From Eubacteriales bacterium (GTDB lineage: Bacteria > Bacillota > Clostridia > Oscillospirales > UBA644), in the NCBI GenBank assembly GCA_045542755.1, contig JAZQLP010000117.1:9160-73159 (forward strand): a stretch of 64,000 nucleotides of DNA, written 5' to 3'. The stretch's first letter is position 1. Every line of letters begins with the position of its first letter. Positions 35,916 through 45,436 of the stretch are shown piece after piece. Both the position numbers and the translations under genes were made by a program. The notes under the pieces are model-generated. The model saw only the letters and a program-made list of their open reading frames with translations. It made no database searches and had not been told where the DNA came from.

Positions 35916-37298
35916 TTACACAAGCTCAAACCCGCGAAGATAGGATTTTTGCTTGCCGTGGTAGGTAAAGTAGAGCGCATGAGTACCTTCGGGAATGGAA
36001 ATGGGAGCAGAGAACTCCTGCCAGTTATTGGCACGGCGTATCTCAACGGTGGCGAGGACTTCGCCGCCAAGCTCCGTTCTTATATCGTAATATGCGTGAG
36101 GGTATCCGCGAACCCACAGCTTAATTTCTTTAGTATGGCCGTCAAATTTGAAATACTTAAATCCGATGGTGGAGCCGTCAATTATATTGGACACGTATCC
36201 GTCTTCCTTATCCCCGTCACGACCGTCCTGCACTATCTTGGGGAGCTCATCAACACCCAAAATATTGCATGCTATATAAGAGGGATAGTATCCCTTTCCT
36301 TCAAGGGGACCGCCGTTAAGGCCGCAGGAGGTCATTTCCACCTGACAGAAGCTACCGTCTGCCTCCATATTAATAGCTTCGGCGCAGGCCTGACGGCTGT
36401 AGCTGGTGCCGTTGGTGTGGCGATGGTAAAATATATAATACTGTCCGTTAACGCACGCCAGACCGCCGTGATTGTTTCCGCCCTTTGCCGCCCTCATATC
36501 TATAGGCTTATAGGTGTCAATGCCAAGGTCACGGTTGCTTACAAGAACACCGCGGTAGACAAAATCCCCGTCGGGTCTGTTACTTGTAGCGTAACAAAGC
36601 TGGTCTTGTACCTCGGAAGAATAAACAAAATAGTAGGTATCGTTATATTTACGTATGGATGCAGCCTCAAAAAAGCCGTGTCCCTCGTAGGGAGTGCCCA
36701 CGCTGTAAATTTTGGAAGGTACAATAATTTGGGGATCGCGAATAACGGTCAACATATCCTTATCAAGAACAGTAACCATTGCTCCGTGCCTTGAGGAATC
36801 GGTAAAACGGCCAAAGCCTGTATAAAGATAGGTTTTATCCCCCTCGGTGAGAACGGCGGGGTCAAACTGGGGCTCATCCCCTGCATCCTTATTTCTTCCG
36901 CAAAGTGTACCGTCGGGATACTGCACGTATCCGTGGAACTTATACTCCCCCGCAGGGGTATCGCATACCGCCACAGAAACGATATCCAGCACGTCGTTTA
37001 CGTAATACAGATAGTATCTTCCGTCGGGACCTTGAGTAACATCGGGAGCATACATATTCATTCTTCCGTCACGGTTGAGAGGGTCCTCTGTCCTATTATA
37101 TATAACGCCCTCGTATCTCCAATCGGACAGATCCTCCAGCGGGGCTGAATAGCAGATATAATCCCCCAGACAGTACATCCATCCGTTGTAAATATCGTGG
37201 GAACCGTATACGTACAAGCGGTCACCGAAAATATGGGGCTCACCGTCGGGAACGTATTCCCAGGAGGGCATATATGGATTAAAAGCTTGTTTTTTCAT
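35916..37298 (-). CDS. Glycoside hydrolase family 43 (xylosidase/arabinofuranosidase-like) with a C-terminal beta-sandwich (CBM6-like) domain
   Basis: The N-terminus NPYMPSWEYVPDGEPHIFGDRLYVYGSHD is typical of a GH43 subgroup. No signal peptide is evident. Confidence 0.75.
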   Translation of the reverse strand: MKKQAFNPYMPSWEYVPDGEPHIFGDRLYVYGSHDIYNGWMYCLGDYICYSAPLEDLSDWRYEGVIYNRTEDPLNRDGRMNMYAPDVTQGPDGRYYLYYVNDVLDIVSVAVCDTPAGEYKFHGYVQYPDGTLCGRNKDAGDEPQFDPAVLTEGDKTYLYTGFGRFTDSSRHGAMVTVLDKDMLTVIRDPQIIVPSKIYSVGTPYEGHGFFEAASIRKYNDTYYFVYSSEVQDQLCYATSNRPDGDFVYRGVLVSNRDLGIDTYKPIDMRAAKGGNNHGGLACVNGQYYIFYHRHTNGTSYSRQACAEAINMEADGSFCQVEMTSCGLNGGPLEGKGYYPSYIACNILGVDELPKIVQDGRDGDKEDGYVSNIIDGSTIGFKYFKFDGHTKEIKLWVRGYPHAYYDIRTELGGEVLATVEIRRANNWQEFSAPISIPEGTHALYFTYHGKQKSYLRGFELV

Positions 37299-37321
37299 GC
37301 TTAGTCCTTCCCTTTATAATG

Positions 37322-38017
37322 TCATTTTTCGGGATAAAAGCGGCGAATGTCGCCCTCTTTCATACCCTCAAGATCATATTGCCCAACCCTCAGACGGAGA
37401 AGTCGGGTAACTCTGTTGCCCCTGGAGGCAATCATTCTCTTTACCTGGTGATACTTTCCCTCTTTAATAATCATCTGGGCAGCATACTCTCCCCTACCGT
37501 CCTCACGGAGAGGGCAGGGCGTAAGAGTTGCGGGCATACATTCGTCGCCGTCGCCCAGAATTATCCCCTTGGCTACCGCTTCGCAGTCGGCCTCGGTCAC
37601 GGGCTTTTCGGTTTCTATATAGTAAAGTTTGTCTATATTCTTCTTGGGAGAAATAATATTATGGGCAAATTCCCCGTCATTTGAAAGCAAGAGCAGACCT
37701 TCGCTGTCTTTGTCAAGCCGTCCCACGGGGGCAAGACCCTTTTTCATATACTCGGCAGGTATAAGCTTCATTACGCTGTCGGGGTCCCCATCGGTGGTGG
37801 AAACGTATCCCGCGGGCTTATATAATATAAGGTAGATATACTTTGATCTATCGAGGAGCTTTCCGTCAACGGTTATCTCGTCGGCATCCTCCACGCGGAA
37901 GGAGATATTATTGGTAATAACCCCGTTAACGGCAACCTTTTTTATCTTTATCATTTTGTGAGCCTCGTTTCGGGTCATACCCGAAGCCGACAGCACCGCA
38001 TCAAGTCTTTTACTCAT
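37322..38017 (-). CDS. Pseudouridine synthase, RsuA/RluB family
   Basis: An S4 domain is followed by GRLDKDSEGLLLLSNDG, which contains the catalytic Asp motif. Confidence 0.85.
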   Translation of the reverse strand: MSKRLDAVLSASGMTRNEAHKMIKIKKVAVNGVITNNISFRVEDADEITVDGKLLDRSKYIYLILYKPAGYVSTTDGDPDSVMKLIPAEYMKKGLAPVGRLDKDSEGLLLLSNDGEFAHNIISPKKNIDKLYYIETEKPVTEADCEAVAKGIILGDGDECMPATLTPCPLREDGRGEYAAQMIIKEGKYHQVKRMIASRGNRVTRLLRLRVGQYDLEGMKEGDIRRFYPEK

Positions 38018-38029
38018 ATCTCTTCCCTC

Positions 38030-39157
38030 TCATACATTAAAGTATTCAGCTACAGCCACCGCCGTGGCTTCTTCAAGAAATCTTTCGCCCTCTCTTATGG
38101 AAACCTCAAGGGGTGTGCCCTTGGGGGAGATTTCTTTTACAAATGCCAGATTGGGAACGGTCTTGTCCTCCATATCCGCCTTGCCGCAAAGAACACCAAT
38201 GGGAACGTTGCCGCTTTTTTGAGAAATACCGCTAAAAACCTTACCCCAAACACTTTGGAAATCAAATTTTCCTTCCCCAGTAAGTATGAGGTCGGCACCT
38301 TTTACCCTTTCCTCAAAGTCAGATATGTCAAGAAGGGCTGATATTCCGGACTTAAGCTCCGCCCCGAAAAAGAGGGTAGAACCCGCCCCCATACCACCCG
38401 CGGCGCCACCGCCGGGAATGGTGGAAAGGTCAAGGTTAAAACACTTTCTTACTACCTCTGCAAAGTTACGGAGGCCGCCGTCAAGAAACTCAACGTCCTC
38501 TTTATTTGCTCCCTTCTGAGGCGCATAAACGTAAGCGGCGCCGTTCTCTCCGTACAGGGGATTGGTAACGTCGCAAAGAACGGTAAATGAGCAATCCTTA
38601 AGTCTTGAATCAAGCCCCGAAATATCTATACTGTCAATATTTATAAGCCCTTCGCCGCAAAGGGGAACGTTTCTTCCTTCTCTGTCAAGGAATCTGCCAC
38701 CCAGAGCAGCGGCGGCTCCTATTCCGCAATCGGTGGAGGAGGTTCCGCCGATACCCATTATTATAGACGTGGCACCCTTATCAAGGGCGGCCTTTATTAT
38801 CTGTCCTGTGCCGAAGGAGGTGGCCTTGCGGGCATCCTTTCTCTCCGAAAGCCCCGTTGCTGCGGCCATTTCTATAACCGCAAGACGCTTTTCTTCAAAC
38901 CAACCGAAGAAACCCCTCTTTTTCTCACCGAAGGAGTCGGTAACGTCCACTTCACACATCTCTCCCCCTTTGGTTGCGGCGAGAAAGACCTCTACCGTTC
39001 CTTCGCCACCGTCGGCAATGGGGATAAGGATTATATTTTCACTGTTTATTCCCGCTTTACCCAAACCTCTTGCCATAGCTTCGCAAGCCTTTGGGGATGA
39101 CATACTGCCCTTGAAACTGTCGGGTACGCATATTACTTTTTTAGAGGTCATATCCAT
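38030..39157 (-). CDS. glxK: Glycerate kinase
   Basis: PDSFKGS and IADGGEGT motifs near the N-terminus, with GK-family sequence throughout. Confidence 0.85.
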   Translation of the reverse strand: MDMTSKKVICVPDSFKGSMSSPKACEAMARGLGKAGINSENIILIPIADGGEGTVEVFLAATKGGEMCEVDVTDSFGEKKRGFFGWFEEKRLAVIEMAAATGLSERKDARKATSFGTGQIIKAALDKGATSIIMGIGGTSSTDCGIGAAAALGGRFLDREGRNVPLCGEGLINIDSIDISGLDSRLKDCSFTVLCDVTNPLYGENGAAYVYAPQKGANKEDVEFLDGGLRNFAEVVRKCFNLDLSTIPGGGAAGGMGAGSTLFFGAELKSGISALLDISDFEERVKGADLILTGEGKFDFQSVWGKVFSGISQKSGNVPIGVLCGKADMEDKTVPNLAFVKEISPKGTPLEVSIREGERFLEEATAVAVAEYFNV

Positions 39158-39249
39158 AATTTTATTTCCTATAAAAATATTTAGCTAAAACGCAAGGGAT
39201 GTCGCATAGCGGCATCCCTTGTTCAGTTGCACGGTCAAAGTTTAAAGGA

Positions 39250-39525
39250 TTATTCAGCTTCCTTCATTTTTGCATAGCATTCGCTGCAGTAAATAGGTCT
39301 GTCATCCTTGGGCTGGAAAGGAACCTTAGCTTCCTTGCCACAGCTTGCGCACTGGCCAACAAAGAGTTCTCTGTTGCCTCTTGCGTTTGCCTTTCTGGCA
39401 GTTCTGCATTCTTTGCAGCACTTGGGCTCGTTCTGGAAGCCCTTTTCTGCGTAGAATTCCTGTTCTCCTGCGGTGAAGATGAAGGTGTTGCCACAGTCTT
39501 TGCAGACTAATTCTTTGTCCTGATA
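39250..39525 (-). CDS. Small zinc-ribbon protein (four CxxC pairs)
   Basis: MYQDKELVCKDCG...CKECR...CASCG...CSECY. The start is set at MYQD, with GAGG 11 nt upstream. Confidence 0.7.
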   Translation of the reverse strand, partial: YQDKELVCKDCGNTFIFTAGEQEFYAEKGFQNEPKCCKECRTARKANARGNRELFVGQCASCGKEAKVPFQPKDDRPIYCSECYAKMKEAE

Positions 39526-39781
39526 CATTCTGAGATACCTCGCTTTGGAATAATTCGCCGACGGAATCGACATTTAAAGATCGCCCATGACCGGAGTTAC
39601 ACCGATCCGATTGAAAAACACTGTAAACATCTTTAAATGGCTATGACCCTGAGTTGTGTGTGTTTCCGCACCTTCACCGTGCAAAAAAGAGCAAGTAAAC
39701 GTTCAAACTGGGAGAGCTGAAAAGATTTATTCGAGACTGATTTCAATTTTGTTCTTACTGGGCATATTTGCTGTACAAATT

Positions 39782-40285
39782 TTATTTATACAACTTTTTA
39801 ATTTTTCCTTTTATGCGAGTCAAAGAATTGTCTATAGTTTTTGAGGTAACACCGAGAGAAGCCGATATTTCGGCATAGGACTTGTCTCGGAGATACTCGG
39901 TGAGTATCTTTGCTTCAAGAGAAGAAAGTTCATCCTTCAGCTTTGCAAAAAAGTCTGCCGTATCGTTTTTCTCGATAATGGCACTGGCCATATCCCCCGC
40001 CTCGGGAAGAGTTTTATCGTCAAGGCTCTCGGTAAGGGTATCGTCCTTGATTTTTCGGCAGGCGGAGTAAATGGAGTTTCTGATACAGATATTGGCGTAG
40101 GCTCTGAAGGGCACGCCCGTTTCTTCAGAATAACTGTTTACGGCGTTAAAAAGACCAATGAGTCCCTCCTGAACAAGGTCTTCCCAATATCTTTCGGGGA
40201 AGGACGCGGAAATACCCTTTATAACGGGCATAAATTCGGGAATCAGGTCTTCGTATGAAGAAAGGCTGTTTTCGGTAAGGTTCAT
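39782..40285 (-). CDS. Sigma-70 family RNA polymerase sigma factor (small, regions 2 and 4 only)
   Basis: Region 2 is DLVQEGLIGLFNAV..Y......F..YA...IRN. Region 4 has the HTH SYAEISASLGVTSKTIDNSLTRIK. Confidence 0.8.
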   Translation of the reverse strand: MNLTENSLSSYEDLIPEFMPVIKGISASFPERYWEDLVQEGLIGLFNAVNSYSEETGVPFRAYANICIRNSIYSACRKIKDDTLTESLDDKTLPEAGDMASAIIEKNDTADFFAKLKDELSSLEAKILTEYLRDKSYAEISASLGVTSKTIDNSLTRIKGKIKKLYK

Positions 40286-40323
40286 GCGGTGCCTCTTTCG
40301 CCCTTATAGTCGCTACAATAAAG

Positions 40324-40362
40324 TAAAAAAGCCCGCTCGACCCTTTCGTGAGGGCCGAGGGG
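40324..40362 (-). terminator. Terminator after the ABC ATPase gene
   Basis: GC-rich imperfect stem gcccctcggccct/agggtcgagcgggc followed by T6 on the minus strand. Confidence 0.65.
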
Positions 40363-40439
40363 CTCTGTATCAGTTTTCAAAATAAATAACTATCATTTGA
40401 AAAACCCGGAATGCTAAAGGAATAATAACCGAATACCTA

Positions 40440-41561
40440 TTAGTTGATAATGGTTTCCTCGGTGTCGATGTCGAAGAGGTGAACCTTGGACATATCAAGA
40501 GCAACCTTGATAACGTCGCCGGGCTTAGCCTTCGAATAGGGAGAAACTCTTGCAGTGAACTTGTTGTCCTTAACGTCGAGGTAAAGGAAGGTTTCAGCAC
40601 CCATAAGTTCAACAACTTCTACGTTAACGGTGATGATGGATTCGTTATACTTTTCGAGGTTGATCTCTTCGTCGTAGATAGCCTCGGGACGGATACCCAT
40701 AATTACCTGCTTGCCGCCATAGGACATGAGCTTATCGTAGTTTTCGGTAAGAACCTTTTCCTTGGGAAGCTTAAGAGCGAAGTCTGCAAAGTTTACAAAT
40801 ACGTCATCGCCTCTCTTGGTGATCTTAGCTTCAACAAAGTTCATCTGGGGAGAACCGATAAAGCCTGCAACGAAGAGGTTGCAAGGATCATCATAAAGAA
40901 CCTGAGGAGTATCGCACTGCTGAATGAAACCGTCCTTCATAACAACGATTCTGTCAGCCATGGTCATAGCCTCGGTCTGGTCGTGGGTAACGTAAATGAA
41001 GGTGGTGCCGAGTCTGAGGTGGAGCTTGGAAAGCTCGGTTCTCATCTGTGCACGGAGCTTAGCGTCGAGGTTGGACAGAGGTTCGTCAAGAAGGAATACC
41101 TTAGGCTCACGAACGATTGCACGGCCGAGAGCAACACGCTGACGCTGACCACCGGACAAAGCCTTGGGTCTTCTGTCGAGAAGGTGGGAGATGTCAAGGA
41201 TACGAGCTGCTTCGTCAACACGTCTCTTGATTTCTTCCTTGGAAACTTTACGGAGCTTAAGTCCGAAAGCCATGTTTTCATAAACGGTCATGTGAGGATA
41301 AAGAGCGTAGTTCTGGAAAACCATCGCAATATCTCTTTCCTTGGGAGCGATATCGTTAACGAGTCTGTCGTCTATGTAAAGCTCACCTTCGGAAATTTCT
41401 TCAAGACCTGCTATCATTCTCAAGGTAGTGGACTTGCCGCATCCGGAAGGACCAACGAGGATTATGAATTCCTTGTCCTTTATCTTGAGGTTGAAGTCTG
41501 TAACGGCACGAACGCCGCCCTGATAAATTTTACCGATATGTTTTAAAACTAATCCGGCCAC
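40440..41561 (-). CDS. Carbohydrate ABC transporter ATP-binding protein (MsmX/MsmK/UgpC-type), orphan
   Basis: Walker A GPSGCGKST, signature LSGGQRQR, Walker B FLLDEPLS, plus a C-terminal MalK-like regulatory domain. GTG start with GGAGG upstream. No permease or binding-protein genes are adjacent. Confidence 0.9.
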   Translation of the reverse strand: MAGLVLKHIGKIYQGGVRAVTDFNLKIKDKEFIILVGPSGCGKSTTLRMIAGLEEISEGELYIDDRLVNDIAPKERDIAMVFQNYALYPHMTVYENMAFGLKLRKVSKEEIKRRVDEAARILDISHLLDRRPKALSGGQRQRVALGRAIVREPKVFLLDEPLSNLDAKLRAQMRTELSKLHLRLGTTFIYVTHDQTEAMTMADRIVVMKDGFIQQCDTPQVLYDDPCNLFVAGFIGSPQMNFVEAKITKRGDDVFVNFADFALKLPKEKVLTENYDKLMSYGGKQVIMGIRPEAIYDEEINLEKYNESIITVNVEVVELMGAETFLYLDVKDNKFTARVSPYSKAKPGDVIKVALDMSKVHLFDIDTEETIIN

Positions 41562-41836
41562 GATGAAAAACCTCCATTTAAAATTTGGGCTGTGTTTTAT
41601 AATTCAAATTTACTCGTAAGCAAATAATTTGACCATTAATATAATATCACAAATTTTCGTTTTTGCATAGGGTAACTTATACACAAAAAAACTTTTTTTG
41701 CTTTAGTTAAACTGTACAATATTCACAATTGAGTCCTCTTTTTGGGACTTTACCCTACCATAAGCACTCAAGAGCAACAGTCAACAAAGGGCAGTTTGTC
41801 ACATTTCGGACTCATTTGCCGAAATACTGCCTAAAA

Positions 41837-42664
41837 TCATTCCTGTTCTTCGCCGATTTCCTTTTCTATCTGTGCTGCGCGCTTGGTACAAGCCAGCATA
41901 GCATCGCCGATTATCTGCTCAAAATACTTCTTTTCAAGGTAATCAACGGCTCTTTCGGTGGTACCGTTGGGGGTACAGATTTCTTTAAGAAGCTGGTCGA
42001 TGTTCTCGTCCCCTACTCTGACTACAGTTTCTGTAGCTCCGATAATGGTCTCCATAACCAGACGGCGAGCGATCTCAGGCTCTATACCCTGAGCAACAGC
42101 GCCGTTTATCATTGCTTTTATAAGCATATAAACGTATGCGGGGGAAGAGCCGCTTACGGAAATAACCTCGTTCATCTTATCTTCGGGAAGAACCTCAACA
42201 AGGCCTGCAGCAGCAAAGATATCCTTTACAGCGTTAAGCTCTGCGTAGGTTATGGGCATAGCGTAAGAAATTGCGGTAGCGCCCTTGCCGTACTTTGCGG
42301 GGGTGTTGGGCATAGCTCTTACAACCTTACATTCCTTACCAACAGTCTTCTTAATAAAGGAAATGGAAATACCTGCGGCAACGCTTACCAGCACGTTGTT
42401 TATGGAAACTGCGGGAGCGATGCGCTCAAGAACCTTCTTCAGGTCGTGGGGGCGTACGGTGAGGAAAACTATGTCAGCGGACTTAACTACTTCAAGCTCG
42501 CTCTTGACCATATTGTAGCCCTCTGCTCTCAGTTTATCTCTCTTAAGATTGTCTATATCGTAAAGATACATCTGACTTTTGTCAGCAACGCCCTCGTTTG
42601 CGATGGCGGAGATAAGAGCCTGAGCCATATGGCCTGCGCCGATAAAACCGATTTTGTACTTCAT
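41837..42664 (-). CDS. proC: Pyrroline-5-carboxylate reductase
   Basis: N-terminal Rossmann motif IGFIGAGHMA and a ProC C-terminal dimerisation domain (SPNGTTE-like TPNGTTE). Confidence 0.9.
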   Translation of the reverse strand: MKYKIGFIGAGHMAQALISAIANEGVADKSQMYLYDIDNLKRDKLRAEGYNMVKSELEVVKSADIVFLTVRPHDLKKVLERIAPAVSINNVLVSVAAGISISFIKKTVGKECKVVRAMPNTPAKYGKGATAISYAMPITYAELNAVKDIFAAAGLVEVLPEDKMNEVISVSGSSPAYVYMLIKAMINGAVAQGIEPEIARRLVMETIIGATETVVRVGDENIDQLLKEICTPNGTTERAVDYLEKKYFEQIIGDAMLACTKRAAQIEKEIGEEQE

Positions 42665-42827
42665 TTTTCTACCCCTTTCGGTGTTGTTGATTATCTCAGA
42701 AATTAATTTACTAAATAAAAAGGCAGCGATGCCTACCTATACTATTATATTTTACTATAATACGCCCCATTTGTCAAGCATCATCGCAAGATTTCCACAT
42801 TTTGTCACTCTTATACCACTTAAAGGA

Positions 42828-42861
42828 AGAAAAAAGAGGATGCCCTTTGGGACATCCTCTG
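42828..42861 (-). terminator. Terminator after the NYN gene
   Basis: Stem agaggatg(t)ccc/ggg(a)catcctct followed by T6 on the minus strand. Confidence 0.75.
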
Positions 42862-42866
42862 AAAAA

Positions 42867-43697
42867 TTATTTCGCCTTAAGCATTCGGCGGAGACGGGTA
42901 ACCTCGTCGTCCTGTGTGGCAGGGGGAGTGTAGAGGCCATCGGCCTTTACCTTATCCCATGCAGCAAAAAGTGCGGTAAATACCTTTATTTTGCTCCTGT
43001 CTGTGTGAACCTTTTTGAGTTGTATATAGCCGTTTGAAATAAGTCTGTCAACGGCGTTGTGCGCGATTTCCTTGCTGAGCTTGGTCTTGGCCACGCTCTG
43101 ATTTACTACCTCTTGGGCGGAGAGCTTAAAGGCCTCTTTACGGGAGAGAAGTTCAAATATTGCCTGATAGTAGGGCTTGTATATATCGTCCTCGGAGGGG
43201 ACTGTATTGACCCATGACGCTATGTTACGGAGCTGATTGCTCAATGCGTCCTTTACACCGTAGATACCGACCTCTTTGTCGAGGGTGTTTTTCAAGAAGT
43301 TTACGACGGAGCTGAAATGGCCGTCACCTGAGAAAATTATAAAAGTGTCTATATCCTTGGCGGACATGGCCCGCTGATACAGATAGTCAAGCATTATAAA
43401 ATCGGTAAAATCCTTTTTATGAGCGCCGGTCCCGGTGGGTGCGGTAAAAATAATATTGTTCGTTATCTCTCTTATTCTGGGTATCTCATTTGCAAGATGC
43501 TGATTTGAAAAATCCGCAAAGAAGGTTACGTCAAGAACGTCATACCTCTCCTTGAGGTCAGCCATCCATCCCTTAAGGTTGGGATGTATCTGATACATAC
43601 GGTAGAGTGAGATATACCAATGCTCGTAGTCCACAAATACGACTGCTTTCGGCTTGTTTTTCTTTATTGCACCGAATATTCCTATGATTGTCACCAC
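42867..43697 (-). CDS. NYN (LabA-like) domain protein with a C-terminal winged-helix-like extension
   Basis: N-terminal VVFVDYEHW and a later IIFSGDGHF, typical of the NYN/LabA acidic motifs. The ~100-aa C-terminal domain is unassigned. Confidence 0.65.
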   Translation of the reverse strand: MVTIIGIFGAIKKNKPKAVVFVDYEHWYISLYRMYQIHPNLKGWMADLKERYDVLDVTFFADFSNQHLANEIPRIREITNNIIFTAPTGTGAHKKDFTDFIMLDYLYQRAMSAKDIDTFIIFSGDGHFSSVVNFLKNTLDKEVGIYGVKDALSNQLRNIASWVNTVPSEDDIYKPYYQAIFELLSRKEAFKLSAQEVVNQSVAKTKLSKEIAHNAVDRLISNGYIQLKKVHTDRSKIKVFTALFAAWDKVKADGLYTPPATQDDEVTRLRRMLKAK

Positions 43698-43750
43698 CTT
43701 TCACGTATATCATTTTACACTATAAATAGCAAATTGTCAAGAGGAAAATT

Positions 43751-44257
43751 CTATCCTGCGTACTTATCAACGACGGCAAATATGTCCCCGTTACCCTCGG
43801 TATCGTAAACGGCGAGAACCAATGCGTTGCCGTATACCTTATAGGAAGCGCCAAGGGCTATATCGTACTCCTCGGGGATATAAAGCTCGAAAAGGGAATA
43901 CATAGCCTCAACGTAGTTATATTGAAGAGTCTCCTTTATGGCTTCAACGTCGGCGCCCTCCTTAAATCTGATAATTATAAAGGATGCGGCTCTGCCCGAG
44001 GTACGCTGACAGAGAACGTAGTCCTCAAAAAGGGATATATCGTCAAATCCGTAGGAGAAATAAAGAATGTCCTCGGCAAGTTCATCGTCCGAATATATAA
44101 ACTCCACACCTTCAAAATCAAACTGCGCCGTAACATCGGCCACTATATCGTGAAGGTCGCCGGTAAGGTTCAGAGTCTTTTGACCGCACCCCGCAAGACA
44201 AAGGGAGGTAGCAATGGCAAAAATAAGAGCTATAGCGATAATTTTCAGGTTTTTCAT
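43751..44257 (-). CDS. Hypothetical lipoprotein (DUF4358-like)
   Basis: Lipobox LCLAGCG. The size and acidic composition fit DUF4358, but the assignment is tentative. Confidence 0.55.
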   Translation of the reverse strand: MKNLKIIAIALIFAIATSLCLAGCGQKTLNLTGDLHDIVADVTAQFDFEGVEFIYSDDELAEDILYFSYGFDDISLFEDYVLCQRTSGRAASFIIIRFKEGADVEAIKETLQYNYVEAMYSLFELYIPEEYDIALGASYKVYGNALVLAVYDTEGNGDIFAVVDKYAG

Positions 44258-44393
44258 ATCAATTCTCCGTCTATCCGTTTTCTTTTATTATATATTATTT
44301 GCCGTCAAAAATCAACCCCCTATGTAAAGAATAGTATAAAACGGGGATTTTTCCGTAAAATATGCCTAACATAAAAAAATTAAAGAGGCAAAA

Positions 44394-45038
44394 ATGCTCA
44401 TATCATTCATAAGAACGGTCATTCTCTATATAGCCCTCATTCTGGGGGTAAGAGTTACGGGAAAAAGACAGCTTGGGGATCTTGAGCCCGCAGAGCTCAT
44501 AGTTACCATACTGATAACGGAGCTTGCGGCAGTGCCCCTCCAGGACCCCGACGCCCCCTTGCTCAACAGCATAATATCAATCCTCGCCCTGGTTTGTCTG
44601 GAGATACTCCTTACGGCACTCTCCACAAAAAGTCCCCTTTTCAGTAAGATCCTTCAGGGAAAATTCAGCATCCTTATCCGTGACGGAAAGATAGACCAAA
44701 AAGAGATGAAAAAATCCGACGTGACCTACGACGAGCTTTCTGAAGCCATACGGCAAAACGGAGGGCTTTCAGCCGAAGAGGTCAGATGGGCCGTAATGGA
44801 GCCCTCGGGTAACGTAAGCATCATACTAAAAAAGGATATGACGGCGGGAGATATTCCCACGCCCCTAATACTTCAGGGGAAATATCTGAAGAAAAACCTT
44901 AAAAAAGTCAATCTGTCAAGGGCGGAAGCCGAGGCATTCCTAGCCCAAAAGGGGCTTCGGCCAAAGGACGTGTATGTTCTCGCCCTGGCGGACGAGAAAT
45001 TCACCCTCATACCCAAAGAAAAGGAAAACAATCAATAA
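44394..45038 (+). CDS. DUF421 (YetF-like) membrane protein
   Basis: R....Y..L....R..GKRQLG.L...E.... N-terminal signature, and a C-terminal soluble domain. Confidence 0.75.
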   Translation: MLISFIRTVILYIALILGVRVTGKRQLGDLEPAELIVTILITELAAVPLQDPDAPLLNSIISILALVCLEILLTALSTKSPLFSKILQGKFSILIRDGKIDQKEMKKSDVTYDELSEAIRQNGGLSAEEVRWAVMEPSGNVSIILKKDMTAGDIPTPLILQGKYLKKNLKKVNLSRAEAEAFLAQKGLRPKDVYVLALADEKFTLIPKEKENNQ

Positions 45039-45436
45039 TGAAAATACTGCTTTCATCCCTGGCGTTACTGCTGGCCTTGGGAACGGTGGGGATTTCGGTT
45101 TATCTCCAGAACAGCACCGCCAACCAAATGGCAACCCGTCTTGAAAGATGCGCCGACGATGCCGTAGAGAGAAATATGGACCAGATGTACGCCGACTTTA
45201 ACGACTTTTTTAAATACTATCAAGACAAAAGAGGTCTACTGTCCCTCTTTGTCCATACCTCAAAGATAGAGGAGATTGACGAACTGAGTGCCGAAATCGT
45301 GGCCGCTCTTGAAAACGGAGAGGATAACGCCGACGACACCGACTTTGATACCATTGCCGCATCTGTCAAAAAGCTCCTTGACGCCTCAGAGCACATAATT
45401 GAAACAAACACCTTGACGTGGGGCAACATTTTTTAA
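45038..45436 (+). CDS. DUF4363-like small membrane-anchored protein
   Basis: The start overlaps the DUF421 stop (ATGA-type coupling). It has a single N-terminal TM, and this family commonly follows DUF421 genes in Clostridia. Confidence 0.55.
   Translation: MKILLSSLALLLALGTVGISVYLQNSTANQMATRLERCADDAVERNMDQMYADFNDFFKYYQDKRGLLSLFVHTSKIEEIDELSAEIVAALENGEDNADDTDFDTIAASVKKLLDASEHIIETNTLTWGNIF

Noticed and set aside
35949-36794. 281-aa ORF antisense to GH43
   Set aside because: For the same reason: it is embedded antisense in a well-supported CDS.
40479-41546. 355-aa ORF antisense to the ABC ATPase gene
   Set aside because: The opposite strand encodes canonical Walker A, signature and Walker B motifs. 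The antisense product has no recognisable features.
41729-42706. 325-aa ORF antisense to proC
   Set aside because: proC on the minus strand is unambiguous. The plus-strand ORF starts in the intergenic region and mirrors the codon structure of proC.
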